From Flavobacteriales bacterium (lineage in GTDB: Bacteria > Bacteroidota > Bacteroidia > Flavobacteriales > Flavobacteriaceae): a stretch of 40,860 nucleotides of DNA. The translations under genes were made by a program, and so were the position numbers. Below are positions 32,432 to 40,144 of the stretch, piece by piece. The notes under the pieces were generated by a model. It ran no database searches and was not told where the DNA came from. It saw only the letters and a list, made by a program, of their open reading frames with translations. The stretch is from positions 1-40,860 of the forward strand of contig WGAP01000046.1 of the NCBI GenBank assembly GCA_015494775.1. The letters are read 5' to 3'. The first letter of the stretch is position 1. Every line of letters starts with the position of its first letter.

Positions 32432-34030
32432 ATGAAAAGAATCCTCCTCATCATACCGGCCCTGCTGTGGGCGGTCGCCCTCTACGGCCAAGCCGACTCG
32501 GTGCAAACCCAAAAGGTTACCGTTACCCGCACTTATGAACCCCAAGTGCGCGATGCGGACAAAATCAATGTAAACCCGCCCCAAACCGTGAGCGAAGACT
32601 TTCGCAAAATCCCCGTGGATTACCAGCTGCGTCCCGTGGAAGCCGTTTCCACCTTCAAGGCCGAAAAAGGCGCCATGGCGCGTCCACGCATCTCGCGCAC
32701 CCTGGCCGAAAACCGCCCGGGCTATGCCCGGATGTCCGTAGGTTGGCCCGGACAAATCCGCTTGGCCGGCGGTTATGTGCACACCACGGACAGTGATTGG
32801 CAAACGGGCGGCGAACTCCGCTTTGCCTACCTCGGGCAACGCGAATTCGACGGCCCCGACGCCATGATGAAATCCACCTTGGCCTTGCATCCTTTTGCCG
32901 AAAAAAACGGTGATCTGCTGCGGATGAAATACCGGCTGGACTACGACATGCTGGTGTCGATATTCCAACCTTTTACCGACAATTTAGTCGGCTTCGGTTA
33001 TCACCGCATCAATCCGTCGGCCCAATTCGATTTCCACCGCACGGTGTTCAAAAACATCAAGGCCGGTTACCGCTTCCTGACCGGATATACGCTAGCCGAA
33101 CACAACTTCAAGCTGGGATGGGAAAATGTGTTTCCCATCGGCGGCTTTGCCGTGCACGCACATTGGGACATCAACGAACTGACCGGCCGTGCCGACACGG
33201 CCCGCTACAATAATTTTCAGGCCGGCTTTGCTCCTTCATTGCAACTCGAAAAAGAAAAATTGCTCTTTAAACTCGGGCTTAAACTCTATTACCAAAACCG
33301 CACCAACGTCAACGACCAAATTTTGTTCTATCCCGACATTTCGGTGGATTTCCGCATGATTGACGAATACCTGACCCTTTATATCGACTACACGGGTGGA
33401 CTGGAAACCCGCTCCTACGACCGCCTGCTAAGGCAAACACCCTACGTGAACACATCAAGGGACCTACGGCCCACTTCCACCGCCTACCGGATTGCGGGTG
33501 GATTCAAGGGCGCACTATCGTCACGCATGGCCTACGAACTGCAATTGGGCGTGGAACGCCACAACGATTATCCCTTCCTGGTCTCCGACACCACGGACGG
33601 CAAGCAACGTTTTACCCCGGTTTATGACAACCTGGACGATTATTACTTCAAGGTTTTGCTCTCGTATGTGCATCCGGGTTTTTTCGAGACCAAAATCCGC
33701 TTCCTCTACGGCCAATACACGCCCGAAACCCTGGCCAAGCCCTTCAACATTCCCGATTACTCGGTGGCTTGGCTATTGCGTTTCAACATCGGCAAGTTCG
33801 GTTGGGAAAGCGAATTGGCCTATGTGGCACCGCGCTTTGACCGACTGAGCACCGGCACGGTCAAATTGCCCGAATACGTGGATACGCGGCTCAACCTGTC
33901 GTACCGGATGAACAAGCATTGGAAAATTTTCCTGACCGGAATCGACCTGCTCAACCAAGCTCCGATGCGCTACCTGAATTATCCCGGACGCGGATTGGGC
34001 ATTTCGGCGGGAGCTTTTTACAGTTTTTGA
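32432..34030 (+). CDS. Putative outer-membrane beta-barrel protein
   Basis: The ATG at 32432 lies 1 nt after the TPR stop. Signal peptide MKRILLIIPALLWAVALYGQ. Alternating beta-strand-like pattern, and the C-terminal '...GISAGAFYSF' ends in Phe (OMP beta-signal-like). Confidence 0.6.
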   Translation: MKRILLIIPALLWAVALYGQADSVQTQKVTVTRTYEPQVRDADKINVNPPQTVSEDFRKIPVDYQLRPVEAVSTFKAEKGAMARPRISRTLAENRPGYARMSVGWPGQIRLAGGYVHTTDSDWQTGGELRFAYLGQREFDGPDAMMKSTLALHPFAEKNGDLLRMKYRLDYDMLVSIFQPFTDNLVGFGYHRINPSAQFDFHRTVFKNIKAGYRFLTGYTLAEHNFKLGWENVFPIGGFAVHAHWDINELTGRADTARYNNFQAGFAPSLQLEKEKLLFKLGLKLYYQNRTNVNDQILFYPDISVDFRMIDEYLTLYIDYTGGLETRSYDRLLRQTPYVNTSRDLRPTSTAYRIAGGFKGALSSRMAYELQLGVERHNDYPFLVSDTTDGKQRFTPVYDNLDDYYFKVLLSYVHPGFFETKIRFLYGQYTPETLAKPFNIPDYSVAWLLRFNIGKFGWESELAYVAPRFDRLSTGTVKLPEYVDTRLNLSYRMNKHWKIFLTGIDLLNQAPMRYLNYPGRGLGISAGAFYSF

Positions 34031-34121
34031 TTGGGATGCGCCGGGCCGGTTCCCCCGAAAACCACGGATAAAATACCCTGTAAATGATTCGAAACAGGAA
34101 AATGCAAAAAAATCGCCGGGT

Positions 34122-34739
34122 CTAATAAACAAATAAACCGTTATGGCTCAGGTATTTTCGAATTACCCGATGGGGTGTTTTTTCATTGATTTCAAAGTAT
34201 TTTCGTAGTTCTTTTTTATTGAAATCGAAGAAGTGGTAGTAATATTCTTCCAAGGATTTCAGGCCGCGGTTTTCCAAATAACCGGTTAGGTATTTGCGGG
34301 CCACCTCATCGCCAAAATGGTTTTCAAGGTCCTTCAACTTGGCATAGAGATTGGTAACGCTTTCTTTCAAGGGCTCGGCCCGGCTATTCAATTTCCGGTC
34401 GGGTATGGGCTTGCGGTAGGTGATAAAGGCCTCCAAGTCGCCTTTTGCATTATAATACGGTGCATAATAGGTGAATGCCCAAATATAATCGCCCGACCGC
34501 GTGGCATGTTTGAGCACGGCAATACCTTCCTGCCGGTTCATGATATAACCTCCGATGGTTTGGTGGATAATCGAAGGCATATCGGGATGGCAAACGGTTT
34601 TGGGCGGTTTGGTAATAAAATCGGTCAAGGAATAACCGAGCAGGTTCAAAAAATAGTCATCGACAAATTCGATGTAATTGTCCAAACTGATTTTAATCAC
34701 CGCCTTTTTTCGGACATCCAAAAAAATTTCCCTGTTCAT
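34122..34739 (-). CDS. Stand-alone Aer-like PAS-domain protein
   Basis: ATG at 34739 (position 34754 is TTG). 'FVDDYFLNLLGYSLTDFITKPPKTVCHPDMPSIIHQTIGGYIMNRQEGIAVLKHATRSGDYIW' resembles the Aer-type PAS domain with its 'HPDMP' motif. The C-terminal ~90 aa are helical and unassigned. Confidence 0.6.
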   Translation of the reverse strand: MNREIFLDVRKKAVIKISLDNYIEFVDDYFLNLLGYSLTDFITKPPKTVCHPDMPSIIHQTIGGYIMNRQEGIAVLKHATRSGDYIWAFTYYAPYYNAKGDLEAFITYRKPIPDRKLNSRAEPLKESVTNLYAKLKDLENHFGDEVARKYLTGYLENRGLKSLEEYYYHFFDFNKKELRKYFEINEKTPHRVIRKYLSHNGLFVY

Positions 34740-34767
34740 AGCTAAGCGTTTCAAGTGGTTCTGTTTT

Positions 34768-34775
34768 CAAATTTA
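34768..34775 (-). promoter_or_regulatory. Candidate -7 promoter box for the PAS gene
   Basis: The minus strand reads TAAATTTG (TAnnTTTG) in a very A/T-rich region, 28 nt upstream of the ATG at 34739. Confidence 0.35.
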
Positions 34776-34910
34776 ATAAAAAAAGAAATTAATAAAAGGT
34801 AAAATATCATAAAAATTACATATTCAGTGTATTTTATTTTGATATTGACAAAAAAAACAATAGAAATTCGCTCAAAGGTCTTTGGTGCCGGGCGCTTCGA
34901 TAAAAATCAA

Positions 34911-34945
34911 CTCAAAACTAAAAACTAAAAACTCAAAACTAAATT
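34911..34945 (+). repeat. Five tandem 7-bp units CT(C/A)AAAA
   Basis: CTCAAAA CTAAAAA CTAAAAA CTCAAAA CTAAATT sits directly abutting the head of GC-rich copy D. Confidence 0.8.
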
Positions 34946-34946
34946 T

Positions 34947-35237
34947 GCGCCAGGGATGGGAGCGGTTATGCGGCGCAGGCGGCGAGCATGCTTTTCCGCC
35001 CGGCGGAGGCGCCCTGCGGAAGCCCCACGCACGGGCGGGCGCGGGCGCGCGTGCCGCGCGCCCGCGCAAAAGCAGCGAGCCGACAAGCCGCATTTGAGCG
35101 GACAGCCCGACGGCGAGCGGTTTCGTGGCCCCGCCGCGGCGCCGAAGGCGCCGGCGGATTGCCGAAGGCAAGCCGCGCGGGCGTTCGCCCGCCGGCGGGG
35201 CCCCGAACCCGAGCGCCGGGGCGCCCGAATAAAAATC
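34947..35237 (+). repeat. GC-rich mosaic intergenic repeat, copy D (forward)
   Basis: Head 'GCGCCAGGGATGGGAGCGGTTATG', then 'GGAAGCCCCACGCAC' and 'ATTTGAGCGGACAGCCCGAC', both shared with inverted copy B. Tail 'CGCCCGCCGGCGGGGCCCCGAAC' matches copy C at 23/23 positions. The copy ends 'GGGGCGCCCGAATAAAAATC'. Confidence 0.8.
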
Positions 35238-35262
35238 TCCTTAACGGATAATACAAAAATCG

Positions 35263-35270
35263 TAAATTTG
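35263..35270 (+). promoter_or_regulatory. Candidate -7 promoter box for the GNAT-like operon
   Basis: TAAATTTG (TAnnTTTG) lies 18 nt upstream of the ATG at 35289. Confidence 0.4.
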
Positions 35271-35288
35271 AGCTTTAAACCCTTTGCT

Positions 35289-36407
35289 ATGATAAGCGTT
35301 CAACAAGTAAGCACACCACAGCAACTCAAACAATTCATCCGCCTGCCTTACCGGCTTTACCGCAACGACCCGCATTGGATTCCGCCGCTGCTTGCCGAAG
35401 AAAAAAAGTATTGGACCGGACATCCGGGCTTGCGAAAAAACGACGTCAAAATGTTTCTGGCCTACAAAAACAACAAACCCGCCGGACGCATTGCCATGAT
35501 GATCAACAAGGCCTACAACGAACTGCACCATGTGCACTACGCCCGTTTTTTTGCCCTGGAAGCCGCCGATGATGCCGCGGTGTTCGATGCTCTTTTGGGC
35601 CGGGTCGAAGACGAAGCCCGCAAAGCCGGCATGACCCGCATTCACGGGCCTTTGGGCTACAACAATCTGGACCATCAGGGCCTGCTGGTGGAAGGTTTCG
35701 ACCGGCCGCAAATCCTGGTATCGGTCTATAACAAACCCTACTACAAAGACCATTTGGAACGGCTGGGCTATCAAAAGGAACACGACTGGGTCGAAACCCG
35801 CATCACCCTAACCGACGAGGCGGTGGAAAAAGGCCGGCGCGGCGCCGCCTTGATCAAACGGCGCTTCGGCATCGAGGCCTGGCAACCGGCCAACCGGGAA
35901 GAAATGGTGGCGCAAACCGACGCTATTTTTAAAATCTACAACCGGGCTTTCCGGCAATTGCACTATATGGTTCCTCTGGACGAAGAGGATATTGCCTACT
36001 ACAAAAAGGCCTACATCAATGCCATGTTGCCCAAATGGACTTTTTTCGGCCGGGATGCCAAACACGATAATCGCCTGGTGGGCCTGTTGCTCACCATTCC
36101 GTCCCTGGGCGATGCCTTTCGCAAGGCCCGCGGACGTTTGTTTCCGCTGGGTTGGTATCATCTGCTCAAAGCCCTGCGCCGGCCCAAGGAAATCGATATC
36201 GCCATCACTGCCGTGATGCCCGAATATTTTTCCAAGGGCGTGGCCGCGGTAATCTTCGACCGCTTTCATCAAGTGATGTTGGAAAACGGCATCCGTGTTT
36301 TTGAAACCGGACCCGTGTTCGAGGATAACCATAACGTGCTTTCCAACTGGAAAAACTTCGAACACGAACAGCATAAACGCAAACGGGTATATGGAAAAGA
36401 TCTTTAA
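35289..36407 (+). CDS. GNAT-like N-acyl/acetyltransferase-family protein of unknown specificity
   Basis: ATG at 35289 (MISVQQVSTPQQLKQFIRLPYRLYRNDPHWIPPLL...). This N-terminal pattern recurs in ~370-aa proteins annotated as GNAT-family in Bacteroidota and spirochaetes, by recollection only. The ORF-track extension to 34956 translates the GC-rich repeat. Confidence 0.5.
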   Translation: MISVQQVSTPQQLKQFIRLPYRLYRNDPHWIPPLLAEEKKYWTGHPGLRKNDVKMFLAYKNNKPAGRIAMMINKAYNELHHVHYARFFALEAADDAAVFDALLGRVEDEARKAGMTRIHGPLGYNNLDHQGLLVEGFDRPQILVSVYNKPYYKDHLERLGYQKEHDWVETRITLTDEAVEKGRRGAALIKRRFGIEAWQPANREEMVAQTDAIFKIYNRAFRQLHYMVPLDEEDIAYYKKAYINAMLPKWTFFGRDAKHDNRLVGLLLTIPSLGDAFRKARGRLFPLGWYHLLKALRRPKEIDIAITAVMPEYFSKGVAAVIFDRFHQVMLENGIRVFETGPVFEDNHNVLSNWKNFEHEQHKRKRVYGKDL

Positions 36408-37539
36408 GAGCAAACTCCCCGACACGAAGACAAGTATTTTTGCCGTCATGTCGGGATTGGCGACCCGCGAAGGCGCCGTGAACCTATCGCAAGGATTTCC
36501 GGATTTCGATATTGATGAACGGTTAATCGATTTGGTACATCGCTATATGAAGGCGGGGTACAACCAATATGCGCCCATGCCGGGCGTGCCCGCCTTGCGC
36601 AAGGCCATTGCCGAAAAAATCCGCACGCGCTACGATTTTATGCCCGACGCCGACGACGAAATTACCGTTACGGCCGGTGCCACACAGGCCTTGTTCAACA
36701 GCATCATGGCCCTGGTGGACCGCGGCGATGAGGTTATCGTGTTCGAGCCGGCCTACGACAGCTATGTGCCCGCCATTCGCCTGGCCGGCGGAACGCCCGT
36801 TTACGTGCAACTGACCAAACCGGATTTCCGCATCGACTGGGAAGAGGTGCGCGGCTTGATGTCGGAACGCACACGGATGATTATTCTGAACACGCCCAAC
36901 AATCCCTGCGGATATGTGTTGGACGAAACCGACTGGCAGCATTTGGAACAATTGGTCGAAGGGACGGGCACGGTTATTCTGAGCGACGAAGTGTATGAAC
37001 ACATCATTTTCGACGGATTGACACACGAAAGCATTCTGCGTCATCCCAACCTTTATGCCCGCGGCGTGGCTGTATTTTCGTTCGGCAAAACCTTTCATGC
37101 CACGGGTTGGAAAACGGGCTACACGGTGGCGCCGCCGCACCTGACCGAAGAAATTCGCAAGGTGCATCAGTTTAATGTATTCTCGGTCAATACGCCCGTG
37201 CAATATGCTTTGGCCGAATATTTGTCCGAGCAGGAACATTACCGGAATTTGGAAAAATTTTATCAGGAAAAACGGGATTATTTTATCCACGGGCTCGAAG
37301 GGTCGCGGTGGAAGATCTTGCCCGCGCACGGAACTTATTTTATCGGACTGGATTATTCGGATATTTCGGATTTGCCCGAATTTGATTTTGCCGTAAAACT
37401 CACCCGAAACTACAAAGTGGCATCCATTCCTTTTTCGAGTTTTTATCACGACGGACTAAATCAACATTTGCTCCGATTTTGCTTTGCAAAAAAGAAGGAA
37501 ACAATGGACGCCGCCTTGCGCATTTTAAGGCAATTGTAG
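36391..37539 (+). CDS. Class I/II PLP-dependent aminotransferase (YbdL/methionine-aminotransferase-like)
   Basis: ATG at 36391 with a 17-nt overlap on the upstream gene. Motifs 'NLSQGFPDF', 'QYAPMPG', 'NTPNNPCG' and 'SFGKTFHATGWKTGY' (PLP-lysine motif). Confidence 0.8.
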   Translation: MEKIFKSKLPDTKTSIFAVMSGLATREGAVNLSQGFPDFDIDERLIDLVHRYMKAGYNQYAPMPGVPALRKAIAEKIRTRYDFMPDADDEITVTAGATQALFNSIMALVDRGDEVIVFEPAYDSYVPAIRLAGGTPVYVQLTKPDFRIDWEEVRGLMSERTRMIILNTPNNPCGYVLDETDWQHLEQLVEGTGTVILSDEVYEHIIFDGLTHESILRHPNLYARGVAVFSFGKTFHATGWKTGYTVAPPHLTEEIRKVHQFNVFSVNTPVQYALAEYLSEQEHYRNLEKFYQEKRDYFIHGLEGSRWKILPAHGTYFIGLDYSDISDLPEFDFAVKLTRNYKVASIPFSSFYHDGLNQHLLRFCFAKKKETMDAALRILRQL

Positions 37540-37540
37540 A

Positions 37541-38698
37541 ATGAAAAAGCCCGCTTGGTTATGGCTGTTAATCCTTGGGCTTCCCTTTGCGGGCCGGGCA
37601 CAGATTTACCGTAAGCCGGCGCATCCCAAGGGCGCATTGGCCTTGTATAACGACAATTTTTTCTACGACAAGGAATACAGCAACCTGATAGCCGACGGTT
37701 ATACCTTGGGCGGGCATCATTTTATTTTGGCCTACGGCTTTCCGGTCGATTCGTCCTGGTTTGTGCAGGCCGGAACCGATGCCTGGCAATTTTGGGGAAA
37801 TAATTCCCGTTTGCAGGTCCGTTTTCATTTTGCCTTGGTTTATGCCCGCGGACATCATAAGCTGATTATCGGACAATTGGACAACAGGGAAAATCACCGG
37901 CTTTTCCGGCCGCTCTACGACGAGGAATTCCGCCTGCGACCCGACCGTAGCGAGACCGGCATCCAATACCTGTGGCAAAACCCGAAGCACCGTATCGAAA
38001 CCTGGCTGGATTGGCACCGGTTTATTCACCAAGGCGACACGCTGCGCGAACGATTGAATTGGGGACTTTCGGCCGATTTGCGCTTGGCGGAAACCGGCCC
38101 ATGGCGATGGCATTTTCCCGTACAGGTACTCATCCATCACCGTGGCGGACAAATCAACCTGAAAGGTCATTATCTGAAAGGGAAAAACGACATACTCAGC
38201 GTATTGAGTGCCGCTTCGGGGCTGCAAGTGCAGCGCAGGGTAAATGCGATTTCCGAGGTGGAATTTTCGGCCCTTTATTTCTGGCACGGCTTGAACAGTC
38301 GCAATCCCGAGGAGCTTGGTTTTGTGCGCGGACATGCCGCCATGGCCCGCATCGATTGGTTTACGGCACATTGGAATATCAACCTGAGCTATTGGGATGC
38401 CCGGAAATTTAGCAGTCCGCTGGGCGAAGCCATATACCAAACGGCCAGCCGGCGAGTGGACAAATACTACGAGAACGGCGAAGTGATGCCCATTTTTTCG
38501 CGCCATCGTGAACCGCACCGTATGCTGTGGTCGTCGGCCGTGCGGTATCATACGCATTTTTCGCGGCATTTGGCTTTCAGGGCCAAGGTGGAAATGTTTT
38601 TCCAACCCTACCGGAGCAGTGTGCCCTATCCGTTTATCCGCGATGTGGTCAACCACACCGATTGGTTGTTGTCGGCCAGGATTATCTGGCGGATTTAA
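37541..38698 (+). CDS. Hypothetical secreted/outer-membrane protein
   Basis: It starts 1 nt after the aminotransferase stop. Signal peptide MKKPAWLWLLILGLPFAGRAQ. It is rich in Trp, Arg and His and has a beta-strand-like alternating pattern. I recognise no motif. Confidence 0.5.
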   Translation: MKKPAWLWLLILGLPFAGRAQIYRKPAHPKGALALYNDNFFYDKEYSNLIADGYTLGGHHFILAYGFPVDSSWFVQAGTDAWQFWGNNSRLQVRFHFALVYARGHHKLIIGQLDNRENHRLFRPLYDEEFRLRPDRSETGIQYLWQNPKHRIETWLDWHRFIHQGDTLRERLNWGLSADLRLAETGPWRWHFPVQVLIHHRGGQINLKGHYLKGKNDILSVLSAASGLQVQRRVNAISEVEFSALYFWHGLNSRNPEELGFVRGHAAMARIDWFTAHWNINLSYWDARKFSSPLGEAIYQTASRRVDKYYENGEVMPIFSRHREPHRMLWSSAVRYHTHFSRHLAFRAKVEMFFQPYRSSVPYPFIRDVVNHTDWLLSARIIWRI

Positions 38699-38723
38699 AT
38701 GTTATACCGGAATTTGTTTTTGC

Positions 38724-38985
38724 TAAAAAAAACTCCGTGGTAATATAAAAATAACCACAGAGTAACACAGAGTAAAATTTCACAGAGTAACACAGAGTAA
38801 TCAATCAAAATCAAAAAAACTCCGTGAAACTCTGCGGCTAACTCTGCGAAACGCTGTGGTAAAAAATAAACTAACCACAGAGTAACACAGAGTAAAATTT
38901 CACAGAGTAGCACAGAGTAATAATTCGGAAATAAAAAAACTCCGTGAAACGCTGTGTGTAACTCTGTGAAACGCTGTGGTAAAAA
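38724..38985. repeat. CACAGAG-rich nested tandem/inverted repeat (about 120-bp period, two full units plus a partial unit)
   Basis: Forward arms at 38753-38801 and 38871-38921 differ by 1 nt, and each contains 4 copies of CACAGAG. Reverse-type arms at 38813-38866 and 38934-38985 ('AAAAAAACTCCGTGAAAC.CTG.G..TAACTCTG.GAAACGCTGTGGTAAAAA') are imperfectly complementary to them. A truncated reverse arm lies at 38725-38743. Confidence 0.85.
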
Positions 38986-39007
38986 TAAAAAAGAAAAGAA
39001 AAACCCC

Positions 39008-40144
39008 TTATTCTTCCAATCTCACCGCTTCGCCTTTGGCTGTGGCGCTGTCGCTTCCGTAGAACTTCAACCCGTCGAGCGTAAGCCAGCGGAACCGATG
39101 GGCGGTGCCGGTATTTTGTTGCACCAAATCGATTAAGGTGCCAAACCCGTAGGAGGCCGGATCCAAGAGGAGCAAATGCGGCGCTTCGGGCAATGCCCCG
39201 GGATTGATAACCGGCACACGGGTATCGAAATATGCCTGCAAACGTTTATGGACTTCGGGGCGGTTTCCCACATAGGCCGGCGGCAAAGTGGATGAAGAAC
39301 CGGCCGCAGGACGTTTAGATTTCCCCGCCGACCAATGCCGCAACAGGGGCCGCACCACAGGCGCCGTTATCCGGTAAGCCAACGGATGATGTTTTTGCAT
39401 GTAGATTTCCGCCGCCCGGGCAAAATGTCGCCGGTAAACCGGATCATCGGGCGTGCTTTCGCCCTTGAAATGAACGGCCGCCATCGAACCCAGGTAATAA
39501 TTGGTGCGTCCGGCCCGCAAAAAACGAACGCTCAAATCGATGTCTTCGCCATACATAAAGAAATTTTCGTCCAAGCCGCCCAAGCGCAGGTAAACATCCC
39601 GTTCAAAGCCGAGCAAGGCGCCCACAAACACTTCCGACGGGCCTTCGGCCCGGGGTTTTAACCGCCGGTCGTAGTAGGCACCCGACCAAAAATCATCCGG
39701 CTTGCGTGCCAGCATCCTGCCGGCAATGCCGAGCAGTGTGGGAATGCGCCGCTTACTTTCGGGCAAAAAGCGCCCGTGCCCGTCGATGAGCCGCACCGAA
39801 CAAAGGCCGGGCCGGGTCAGGCCGTCAAGGCAGGCATTCATACGGTCGAAAAGATTTTCGGGCACCAAAACATCGGGATTGAGCAGAAAAATCCGGCGTC
39901 CGCGCGCGGCTTCCACCGCCAGATTATTGCCACGGGCAAAACCGTAATTTTCGGGATAAACAATAAATTTGACCGCAGGAAAACGCCGGCGAAAATATTC
40001 AACATCAAAATCTTCCGAAGCATTGTCCGCTACAATAATTTCGGCATTTCTCCCTTCGACGGCGCGGCCAATGCCATCCAAGGCGCCTTCGAGGAAAACC
40101 GGCGCATTGTAGTGCAAAACAACCACCGAAAAACCGGGTGTCAT
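39008..40144 (-). CDS. Family 2 glycosyltransferase
   Basis: The ATG at 40144 forms an ATGA overlap with the upstream symporter gene. Motifs 'FSVVVLHYN', 'VADNASED', 'ENYGFARGNN', 'FLLNPDVLV' and 'YGEDIDLS'. Confidence 0.8.
   Translation of the reverse strand: MTPGFSVVVLHYNAPVFLEGALDGIGRAVEGRNAEIIVADNASEDFDVEYFRRRFPAVKFIVYPENYGFARGNNLAVEAARGRRIFLLNPDVLVPENLFDRMNACLDGLTRPGLCSVRLIDGHGRFLPESKRRIPTLLGIAGRMLARKPDDFWSGAYYDRRLKPRAEGPSEVFVGALLGFERDVYLRLGGLDENFFMYGEDIDLSVRFLRAGRTNYYLGSMAAVHFKGESTPDDPVYRRHFARAAEIYMQKHHPLAYRITAPVVRPLLRHWSAGKSKRPAAGSSSTLPPAYVGNRPEVHKRLQAYFDTRVPVINPGALPEAPHLLLLDPASYGFGTLIDLVQQNTGTAHRFRWLTLDGLKFYGSDSATAKGEAVRLEE

Noticed and set aside
34872-35288. ORFs 34872-35171, 34882-35097, 34966-35256 and 34988-35251, and the N-terminal 111-aa extension of ORF 34956-36407
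   Set aside because: They translate GC-rich repeat copy D. A TAnnTTTG box at 35263-35270 and a conserved-looking N-terminus support the ATG at 35289 as the real start.
36391-37539. Aminotransferase as the missing SufS
   Set aside because: The motifs ('NTPNNPCG', 'SFGKT...') are those of class I/II aminotransferases, not class V cysteine desulfurases. The gene is also in an unrelated operon.
38695-38913. 72-aa minus-strand ORF across the CACAGAG repeat
   Set aside because: The peptide contains 'LLCEILLCVTLWL' twice, which is simply the repeat read in frame. No start context supports it.
38724-38985. Possible CRISPR array
   Set aside because: There are only two full periods, and the units alternate in orientation as inverted arms rather than direct repeats. 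No unique spacers of uniform length separate them, and no cas genes lie nearby.
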